Shown here: positions 19,601 to 27,829 of the stretch, piece after piece | Layout: every line of letters begins with the position of its first letter | Position numbering within the stretch: position 1 is the first letter of the stretch | Origin: Synechococcales cyanobacterium S06 | GTDB taxonomy: Bacteria > Cyanobacteriota > Cyanobacteriia > Cyanobacteriales > JAABRE01 | DNA: 64,000 bases | NCBI GenBank assembly: GCA_011391125.1 | Contig: JAABRE010000014.1 | Coordinates: 4,109 to 68,108, forward strand | Reading direction: 5' to 3' | Translations under genes and position numbers: made by a program | The notes under the pieces: generated by a model | The model's database searches: none | What the model was told of the DNA's origin: nothing | Seen by the model: the letters and a program-made list of their open reading frames with translations, nothing else

Positions 19601-20784
19601 ATCGTCAAGTTTTAACGATGCAAACTCAATCTTTTGGCATGATTCCTTTAGCTGTAACTTCAGGAAAGGAGGCTTTAAATATTTTAAAAAAGGGAAAAAC
19701 TTTTGATTTGGCCATTCTTGATATGCAAATGCCAGAAATGGACGGAGTTATGTTAGCTCATCAAATTCGTCAAGCTGATTATGGGAAAAATTTACCTTTA
19801 GTTATGTTAACTTCTCTTGGTAAAACTGAATTGAATCAAGCTAATGAAATCGATTGGGCTGCTTATTTGAATAAGCCAATTAAACAATCTTATCTTTATA
19901 ATGTTTTAGTTAATATTTTTGAAAAGTCGCCCATACCTCAGATTAATTATCCCTTAGCTGAGACTAATTATGACTCAGAAATGGCCACTAAATTACCTTT
20001 AAAAATTCTCTTAGCTGAAGATAATGTCGTTAATCAAAAAGTGGCTCTTAATATTTTAAAACGTTTGGGCTATCGGGCAGATATTGCCGCTAATGGTTTA
20101 GAAGTTCTTGATTCTTTGGAACGTCAATTTTATCATGTAATTTTAATGGATGTACAAATGCCAGAAATGGATGGTTTAACTGCCACTAAGAAAATTAAAC
20201 AACTATATTCACCGGAAAATTGTCCCCGCATTATTGCAATGACGGCTAATGCAATGCAAGGCGATCGAGAAATTTGTTTACAATCTGGTATGGATGATTA
20301 TATTAGTAAACCTATTCATATTAAAGAGTTAATTAGTGCTTTATATCAGTGCGAATCCACTATTTATCCCCTTAAAAAAACGCCTCAAAATCAGCAAGAA
20401 AAAATGACAGATAATCAGATTATTGCTCCTAATATTTTAGATCAAGCAGCTTGGGATGAATTAATCACTATTGTGGCCGATGGTGATAATGAATTATTAA
20501 TTGAATTAATTAATTCCTATTTAGAAGATGCCGCTAAATTAGTACAATCTATCCAAGAATCCATCGAAAAATCAGACGCTCTTTTATTACAAAGAGCAGC
20601 TCACACTCTTAAATCTAGTAGTGCTTCTTTAGGAGCAAAAACTTTCTCTTTATTGTGCAAAGAATTAGAATTAATTGGCCGTAGTGGTGATATTTCTCAA
20701 GCTGAACCTCTGTTAGATAATTTCATCATTGAATATCAAAAAGCCATCATGGCCTTGACTTTAGAATTAGAGAAACTCAATTAA
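16624..20784 (+). CDS. Hybrid sensor histidine kinase (multi-TM N-domain, periplasmic domain, PAS, HisKA, HATPase, REC, REC, Hpt)
   Basis: 1386 aa. H-box [14 protein letters not shown], N/G boxes ([14 protein letters not shown]), two receiver domains ([22 protein letters not shown]) and a C-terminal Hpt ([14 protein letters not shown]). Confidence 0.95.
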   Translation: [1386 protein letters not shown]

Positions 20785-20815
20785 TAATTATTAATTAATC
20801 ACCTAGTAAAGTGTA

Positions 20816-20883
20816 GGGTGGGTTAGCAGCGAGATTAATTTTGATGAAAAACCAATAACTTTTGATTCGCAGCGTAACCCACC
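20816..20883. repeat. Hairpin with GGGTGGGTTA ... TAACCCACC termini (relative of the GGTGGGCAATT family)
   Basis: Inverted termini at 20816-20825 and 20875-20883, 30 nt after the kinase stop. Confidence 0.6.
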
Positions 20884-21173
20884 ATTTTCACGAACTAATA
20901 AGTAATAAATAATAAGTTTGACCTCTCGATGAATCAATGAGGATTGAATAAGGAAAAAATTTTGTCGTTTTTCCCATTCTAAGCTGTCGGTCGCAAGTTC
21001 TAGCCGTACCCGTTATTTTAAATGATGTTTTATTCACATTGAAACGGCTATCATTGGTTTGAGACGATCCATCTTTAATTTTTACCAGATGTCAATTGTA
21101 TTTTTTTGGTAAAGTTGCGTTCTTTTTGGGGCAGTTATGGTTAAAATGTGGCTAATTTAGTTATTTTTTTACG

Positions 21174-22991
21174 ATGCTTGCTCCTATTCAAGTTAATACA
21201 CTGATTGATTTATTGCAATTGAGAGCCGAAACTCAACCCCATCAACACGCTTACACTTTTTTGATTGATGGTAAAAAGGAGTCAGCCCCTTTAACCTACG
21301 CTGACTTACAACGTCAAGCTAAGGCGATCGCCGCCACTTTACAAGAAAGTCAAGTAAAAGGGGAAAGAGCTTTACTGCTGTATCCCCAAGGGTTAGAAGT
21401 AGTTGCGGCTTTTTGCGCTTGTTTATATGCTGGTGTAATCGCCATCCCAGTGCCACCTCCGGAATCGGGAAGATTAAAACGCACGTTGCCGCGCTTGAGG
21501 GCAATAGTCAAAGATGCCCAAGCATCCCTAGTTTTAACCAATGGCTCAATTTTGGAATTAGTCGCCAATGTGGAAGCGGAATTTCCTGAATTTGCCCAAA
21601 TGAGGTGGATTGACACGGAAAAAATCGACTTAAATTTAGCCGAAAAATGGCAAAATCCCCAGATTTCTCAGGATACTTTGGCCTACTTGCAATATACGTC
21701 AGGTTCGACAGCCACCCCCAAAGGCGTAATGTTGACCCACCATAACTTGATCCACCATTGTCGATACTTGCAACGTGCCGGCGGTTACAACGAAAAAAGC
21801 GTCACTCTAACCTGGATGCCCTATTTTCACGATTATGGCTTAGTGGAAGGAATTATGGTTCCCCTTTACAACGGCCACCCTTGCTATTTAATGTCACCAT
21901 TTGCCTTTATTAAACGCCCTTTACAGTGGTTAATTAATATTACTAAATATGGGATTTCCCACTCCCAAGCGCCTAATTTTGCCTACGATTTATGCGTCAG
22001 AAAAATTAAAGACAAGCAAATTAGTGACTTAGATTTAAGTCATTGGGAAGCAGCCGGCAATGCGGCAGAACCCATCAATCCCAGGGTAATGTTAGAATTT
22101 GCTGACAAATTCGCTCCGACTGGTTTTCAGTGGACCACCTTTGCACCAGCTTACGGATTGGCGGAATACACCTTGTTGGTTTCCAATAAACCCAAGGGTA
22201 CAAAACCCGTATTTTGCGCCGTGAAAAGCGCCAGTTTAGAACAGGATCACGTCGTCATCGCCGCTCCTGACCAAGAAGAAGGGGTTAAAATTATTCCTAG
22301 TTGTGGTCAATTAGTCTGCGAAACCGAAGTGGCCATTGTGCATCCTGACACCTTAACCCGTTGTACAGACAGCGAAGTGGGCGAAGTTTGGGTTAAAGAC
22401 CAAAGTGTCGCCCAAGGCTATTGGCAACGTGCCGAAGAAACCGACAAAACCTTCCGCGCTTATCTTAAAGATACGGGAGAGGGACCGTTTTTAAGGACAG
22501 GAGACTTGGGCTTTTTGCGGGAAAATGAATTGTATATCAATGGTAGAATTAAAGATTTAATCATTGTTAGAGGAAGTAATCACTATCCCCAGGATTTAGA
22601 GTGGAGTGTCCAAAACCTAGACCCAGCCTTGCGTTCCGACTATGGCGCTGCTTTTTCCGTCGAAATTGACGAAGAGGAAAGACTCGTAATCGTCCAAGAA
22701 ATCGAGAGAAAAGCCGAAAACCTAGACACGGAGAAACTTATTGCTGATATTCGCCAAGAAATCGCCGAAGAGCACGAATTGCAGGTCTATGCGATCGTGT
22801 TGGCTAAACCGGGGACAATCTTAAAAACGGCCAGCGGAAAAATTCAGCGTCGTGCGATTCAAGCTAATTTTTTGGCGGGAAAAATCGATGCCCACGATGA
22901 CTGGTGTGAAAACATCAAACAAAGTTTGAAATATAAAAACCTCGAACAACAAGTCGAAAACCTAGAACAACAAGTAAAAACAGGAGTTTAG
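21174..22991 (+). CDS. Fatty acyl-AMP ligase (FAAL-type adenylating enzyme)
   Basis: 605 aa. N-terminal LTYADLQRQAKAIAATLQ ... GERALLLYPQGLEVVAAFCACLYAGVIAIPVPPP is FAAL-typical. Also LQYTSGSTATPKGVMLTHHNL and GDLGF ... GRIKDLIIVRG. Confidence 0.85.
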   Translation: MLAPIQVNTLIDLLQLRAETQPHQHAYTFLIDGKKESAPLTYADLQRQAKAIAATLQESQVKGERALLLYPQGLEVVAAFCACLYAGVIAIPVPPPESGRLKRTLPRLRAIVKDAQASLVLTNGSILELVANVEAEFPEFAQMRWIDTEKIDLNLAEKWQNPQISQDTLAYLQYTSGSTATPKGVMLTHHNLIHHCRYLQRAGGYNEKSVTLTWMPYFHDYGLVEGIMVPLYNGHPCYLMSPFAFIKRPLQWLINITKYGISHSQAPNFAYDLCVRKIKDKQISDLDLSHWEAAGNAAEPINPRVMLEFADKFAPTGFQWTTFAPAYGLAEYTLLVSNKPKGTKPVFCAVKSASLEQDHVVIAAPDQEEGVKIIPSCGQLVCETEVAIVHPDTLTRCTDSEVGEVWVKDQSVAQGYWQRAEETDKTFRAYLKDTGEGPFLRTGDLGFLRENELYINGRIKDLIIVRGSNHYPQDLEWSVQNLDPALRSDYGAAFSVEIDEEERLVIVQEIERKAENLDTEKLIADIRQEIAEEHELQVYAIVLAKPGTILKTASGKIQRRAIQANFLAGKIDAHDDWCENIKQSLKYKNLEQQVENLEQQVKTGV

Positions 22992-23107
22992 AAATCCGGT
23001 TCGTAGTTGCGCTCGTTGCGCACTAAAATTGTCAATTCTTGAGAGTTTGTTTAGGGCGATCGCCTCGACAACTAAACTACAAATAATTAGAAATCCAATT
23101 TTATATT

Positions 23108-24871
23108 ATGAAAAAATTACTCCAATATAACCTAGCAGAAACCGTCGAAAAAGACTTAGGAAATCCAGAAATTCCTAACAGTATCCTATCCTATCAAAGA
23201 GTAATTGAAATCGACGAAAGCGAGCAGTTTCCCCACGAGGAAGTTGCTTGGCTTTATAACCAGAAATACCAACATTATTATATACCTGAAAATTGCGGCG
23301 GAAAATTTACTTCCTTTGAGGACTTTGTCGCATTTGTCAGGGTATTAACGAGAAGGGATTTAACCACAGGAATCGCTTTTACCACCATGTTTTGGTCCTT
23401 TTTAACTTGGATGGCGGGAAATGACGAACAAAAACGCATTTTATCCCATTACATGAGGGAAGAAAATGGAGCAATGTGTTTAGGTTACTCTGAAAAAGAG
23501 CATGGAGCAGACTTAGTTGGTGGTGATTTAACAGCGACTAAAGTTGAAGGTGGTTATCTTTTAAATGGCGAAAAATGGCCAATTAATCGAGCGACAATTT
23601 CCGGGGTTGCTTACATTTTGGCGAAAACAAATAGCGAAGGTGGTGCAAGATGTTTGTCCTTATTTATGGTAGAAAAAAGTAAGATTGATGGCAATAATTA
23701 CTATAATTTGCCTAAGATTTTAACCCATGGAATCCGCGCTTCTGACATGAGTGGTATTGGGTTTAAGGATTGTTTTGTCCCGGATTCCATGTTAATTGGA
23801 AAAGAAGGAGAAGGGTTAGAAATTGCCCTGAAAGGGTTTCAAATTACCCGTACTTTATGCTCAGGTTTTTCCCATGGAACAGCAGATACGGCCTTAAGAA
23901 CCACTTTAAAATTTGCCATTAATCGCCGACTTTATGATAAGAATGTCTTTGATCTTCCGCAACCAAGAAAGGTTTTAAGTGACGCTTTTTTAGATTTGTT
24001 AATTTGTGATTGTGAAACGATTTCATCAGCTCGGGGTTTTCATGTCGTGCCCGAACAATTTAGTGTTTGGTCCGCAGTGGTTAAATATTTTGTTACTGTT
24101 CAATTAGAAAGGATGGTTAATGATATTTCTGCGGTGTTAGGAGCGCGTTATTATTTCCGCGAAGAACATGATTTTGGCATTTTTCAAAAAATATTGAGAG
24201 ATAATGCTATTGTTAGTGTGTTTGATGGAAGTACCGTGGTTAATTTACACGCTTTAATCCTACAATTCCGCCAATTAACTAAATATCGTGGCAAAAGAAA
24301 TGAGCAAATTCTTAACAGTATTGAAGATCGTTTACAAACTATTTTTAGTTTAGATCAAACATTACCAACTTTTGCTCCTGAAAAGTTAGCCTTATTTGGT
24401 CGAGGTGCTGATGATGTGTTACAAGGTTTAGAAATTGCCTTACACAAATTAGAGGAATTAAAAAATAATTCTGAAATTAATCCAGAGGTATTAAATCATG
24501 TAATTAATTTGGGTAATATGGTGTTAACCGAGTTAAATGAACATGATCAATTGATCGCAAAATCTAGCTTTGAATATGGTCACAATCAATCCCCAGAAAT
24601 GTTTGAAATTGCGAAAAAATACTGCACTTTACATACTGCTACAAGTTGTTTATTTATGTGGCTTTATAATCGTCAAAATTTAGGGGACTTTTTCGCCCAA
24701 GGTGAATGGTTAGTATTAGCTTTACATCGGCTTTTACGCACTTTTAAACCTTTACCTTATACAATTTCTGAACTTTATGAAAGCAATCTTACTCAAGAAA
24801 TGGTTAAACTATACCAAGATGAGAAAATGTTTTCAATTGTACCTTTTCAATTAGCAAAAATTAACCCCTAA
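23108..24871 (+). CDS. Acyl-CoA dehydrogenase-family protein (long form; probably acts on acyl-carrier-protein substrate)
   Basis: 587 aa. GYSEKEHGADL, GEKWPINRAT, GIRASDMSGIGF are ACAD middle-domain-like. It sits between the FAAL and carrier-protein genes. Confidence 0.7.
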   Translation: MKKLLQYNLAETVEKDLGNPEIPNSILSYQRVIEIDESEQFPHEEVAWLYNQKYQHYYIPENCGGKFTSFEDFVAFVRVLTRRDLTTGIAFTTMFWSFLTWMAGNDEQKRILSHYMREENGAMCLGYSEKEHGADLVGGDLTATKVEGGYLLNGEKWPINRATISGVAYILAKTNSEGGARCLSLFMVEKSKIDGNNYYNLPKILTHGIRASDMSGIGFKDCFVPDSMLIGKEGEGLEIALKGFQITRTLCSGFSHGTADTALRTTLKFAINRRLYDKNVFDLPQPRKVLSDAFLDLLICDCETISSARGFHVVPEQFSVWSAVVKYFVTVQLERMVNDISAVLGARYYFREEHDFGIFQKILRDNAIVSVFDGSTVVNLHALILQFRQLTKYRGKRNEQILNSIEDRLQTIFSLDQTLPTFAPEKLALFGRGADDVLQGLEIALHKLEELKNNSEINPEVLNHVINLGNMVLTELNEHDQLIAKSSFEYGHNQSPEMFEIAKKYCTLHTATSCLFMWLYNRQNLGDFFAQGEWLVLALHRLLRTFKPLPYTISELYESNLTQEMVKLYQDEKMFSIVPFQLAKINP

Positions 24872-24884
24872 AAGGAGCAAAAAC

Positions 24885-25259
24885 ATGACAGTGACCCAAT
24901 CCAATTCCCAGTTAGAAACCGTCCAAAATTGGCTGATTAATAAATTAGCGGAACAACTTTCTTTAGAGTCCGAAACTATCAATATTATTGAACCGTTAAC
25001 CCGTTATGGTTTAGATTCCATTGATGCTGTCACCATGGTTGGTGATTTAGAAGACTGGCTAGATCTAGAATTACCTTCAACCCTATTTTGGGACTATCCA
25101 ACCATCGAAAAATCCTCCCAATATTTAGCCGAAAATTTTGATTTATCAGGTGCTATAAATGGGGATAAAACTGATAGTAAACCCGCAGCAAAAACCCCCG
25201 AACCAGTTGCAGCTGGTAAAGAAAAAACAGGTTTATTTGGTCGTTTAATGGGTCGGTAA
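24885..25259 (+). CDS. Acyl carrier protein (PP-binding) with a Lys/Pro/Ala-rich C-terminal tail
   Basis: 124 aa. RYGLDSIDAVTMV carries the phosphopantetheine Ser. AAGGAG Shine-Dalgarno 8 nt upstream. 13-nt gap to the ACAD gene. Confidence 0.85.
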   Translation: MTVTQSNSQLETVQNWLINKLAEQLSLESETINIIEPLTRYGLDSIDAVTMVGDLEDWLDLELPSTLFWDYPTIEKSSQYLAENFDLSGAINGDKTDSKPAAKTPEPVAAGKEKTGLFGRLMGR

Positions 25260-25332
25260 TTCCCTCACTCCCTCTTCCTAGAGGAGAGGGAAGATGAATT
25301 TTTAAATATTATTAAATCATAGAAATAAGGCC

Positions 25333-26790
25333 TTGAATTACTCAGATTTTTCTTTTTGGTGGATATTAATCCTATTTTGTATTCCCTTTTTTAGCGTTCG
25401 TTTCCTTGCCAACAAACTTAATCTTTGGCGAGGTGTTTTTGATACAATTGGGATTATTTCCTTATCATTAATTCTGTTTTATAAGGCCAGTCCTTCTAGT
25501 TTTTTAGTCTTTATATTTGAGTTAATTGTTAACTATTTAATGGTGCAATATATGCTCAAAAAAGAAGGAGCGCAAGCCAAATTAATTGCCACAATTATTA
25601 TTATTTTTGATGTGGCAATTTTAGCGTATTTTAAATACTTGATATTTTCAGTAGAAAATGTAATTGGCTTAGTTTTTTCGATACCAGAAAACTGGCAAAC
25701 AAATTTTATTATTCCTGTTAGTAATAAGATTCCTCCGGGAGTTTCTTTTTATACTTTTCAAATGATATCTTTTGTCGTTGATTCCCTTAATCTAAGAAAA
25801 AAGAAACCGATTGCTTTCCTAGATTACGTCAATTTCATCGCCTTTTTCCCGCAAATTGTCGCTGGTCCCATCGAAAGACGCATAGATTTATTACCGCAGA
25901 TTACCAATTTTAGGTTTAAATTTACGGTGGAAAATTTTGAGGAGGGTTTTCGTTGGATATCTTTGGGAATGTTTATGAAATTTGTATTAGCAGATAATAT
26001 TTCCCCTTATATTAAGTTAGAAGAAAGCGGTAATCCTTGGGTAATTTGGTTTTTTGCTTTTCTGTTTACTTTAAGAATTTATTTTGATTTTGCTGGTTAC
26101 AGTTTTGTCGCAATGGGTTTAGGTAAAATTCTAGGGATAAGATTAACGGTGAATTTTTTAGCTCCCTATACTTCCCAAAGTATTAATGAATTTTGGCGCA
26201 GATGGCACATTACCTTAAGTACATGGTTTAGGGATTATGTTTTTATACCATTAATGGGCTCACAAAAACAATTAGCACCCACATTTTTATTTATTACCTT
26301 TACCCTATCAGGTTTTTGGCATGGAGCAGCCTGGAATTTTATTATTTGGGGTGCATATCACGGTAGTTTATTGTTAGTATTACGCTATCTAGGAAGACCT
26401 TTTCAAAGATTAGTAGGTAAATATTTCAAACAATCAGAATTTATTAGTTGGGGTTTAACTTTTGGTTCAGTAGTTTTCGGCTGTTTATTCTTTATGGAAA
26501 GTAACACGGGGAGACTTTTAACTAAGTTGAAAACCATTGCCCTACCTTGGCATTATTCTCTTACAAATTTAACTGATTTTGTAAGTTCCTATAGTATTAA
26601 TGAAATAGCAGCTTTATTAATAATTTTAGGCTTATCAATCGGCACTTTATTGTTAGAATTTATGGCAGTATGGAAGGGGAAATTTGAATATGAATTATTG
26701 CTTAACCCAAAAATATCTCCTTTCCTTTTAGGCTTAGTATTTCTGTTAGCTTCTAATGAAACTTCCAAATTTATTTATTTTGAGTTTTAA
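25333..26790 (+). CDS. MBOAT-family membrane O-acyltransferase (DltB/AlgI type)
   Basis: 485 aa, multi-TM. FWRRWHITLSTWFRDYVFIPL and SGFWHGAAWNFIIWGAYHG (conserved MBOAT His). TTG start in the ORF track. Confidence 0.9.
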   Translation: MNYSDFSFWWILILFCIPFFSVRFLANKLNLWRGVFDTIGIISLSLILFYKASPSSFLVFIFELIVNYLMVQYMLKKEGAQAKLIATIIIIFDVAILAYFKYLIFSVENVIGLVFSIPENWQTNFIIPVSNKIPPGVSFYTFQMISFVVDSLNLRKKKPIAFLDYVNFIAFFPQIVAGPIERRIDLLPQITNFRFKFTVENFEEGFRWISLGMFMKFVLADNISPYIKLEESGNPWVIWFFAFLFTLRIYFDFAGYSFVAMGLGKILGIRLTVNFLAPYTSQSINEFWRRWHITLSTWFRDYVFIPLMGSQKQLAPTFLFITFTLSGFWHGAAWNFIIWGAYHGSLLLVLRYLGRPFQRLVGKYFKQSEFISWGLTFGSVVFGCLFFMESNTGRLLTKLKTIALPWHYSLTNLTDFVSSYSINEIAALLIILGLSIGTLLLEFMAVWKGKFEYELLLNPKISPFLLGLVFLLASNETSKFIYFEF

Positions 26791-26798
26791 TTATCAGT

Positions 26799-27728
26799 AT
26801 GAAACCAGTCAAATTACTTCCTTGGTTAATTAGTATTAGTGTAGCGTGGTCATCCGGTTTTGTTTATAATGTTTATTTCGGCGGGCTGATTGGTTGGCAT
26901 CGAAAAACCTATAATAATAAAGTAGCTTTAGCTGCTAATATTCAAGCCGAAAAACGATTAATTTTCGTTGGAGGTTCTGGTGTTCATTATACTCCTAATT
27001 CTGAATATATGGAGGAAAAACTTGGCTTTCCTGTGTTTAATATGGGTTTAGATGGTAAGCTAGGTTTAGATGTGATTCTTCCTTTAGCTTTGGAACAAAT
27101 AAAAAAAGGTGATCTTGTCTTATTAATTCCCGAATATTTACTACTTTTAGATGACGATGGAATTGGGACAATTTCTTTTCAACTTGCTTTAGCAACTAAT
27201 CATTTAAACTTAGTAAAACTTTCGCCAAAAGAGTTTTTTGAAAACATTTGGATGTTAGGAATACCCGGTTTAAAACCTTTAGTAAAATCAGGGGTAGATT
27301 TAGCGACAAAAGGATATTTTGATGAATACTTTTCTGATCCTATTACCGAAAGGGGAGAGCCAACAAAAACTTGGGTGAGAAAGAGTAAATGGTGGCCCAT
27401 GACAGTGGATCAACCTGTATCAGAATACTCTTTAAAAAGTATTGCTAAATTTAAACAAGATGTGGAAGCAAAAGGCGGAACTTTGATTTTATCTTTACCG
27501 ATTATTTATGGTAGTAATGATGAAAAAACTAAGGAAAATGTCCAAAAAACTGCTGAGCAACTTGCCAAAATTGCTCCTTTAATTTATGATCAAGAAACTT
27601 TAAATATTTGGACAGATTCTAATTTATTTGCTGATACTCATTATCATCTCAAACCAGAAGGGAGACTGATTAGATCTCAAGAAATAATTAAGGAATTACA
27701 ACCTATACTTCAAAAAATAAATCCCTAA
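26799..27728 (+). CDS. Membrane-anchored extracytoplasmic protein, candidate DltD/AlgJ-like partner of the MBOAT
   Basis: 309 aa with an N-terminal signal-anchor (LLPWLISISVAWSSGFVY), FVGGSGVHY (candidate Ser) and a C-terminal FADTHYHLKPEG (Asp/His). 8-nt gap to the MBOAT gene. Confidence 0.45.
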   Translation: MKPVKLLPWLISISVAWSSGFVYNVYFGGLIGWHRKTYNNKVALAANIQAEKRLIFVGGSGVHYTPNSEYMEEKLGFPVFNMGLDGKLGLDVILPLALEQIKKGDLVLLIPEYLLLLDDDGIGTISFQLALATNHLNLVKLSPKEFFENIWMLGIPGLKPLVKSGVDLATKGYFDEYFSDPITERGEPTKTWVRKSKWWPMTVDQPVSEYSLKSIAKFKQDVEAKGGTLILSLPIIYGSNDEKTKENVQKTAEQLAKIAPLIYDQETLNIWTDSNLFADTHYHLKPEGRLIRSQEIIKELQPILQKINP

Positions 27729-27829
27729 TAGTTCGCCAAAATAATCACAAAGGAGCATTTTTGTTTGTGAACCCAAATAAATGCTAACCTATAAAAATAA
27801 CAAATCATTCATCAAAGGAACTTAAACAG

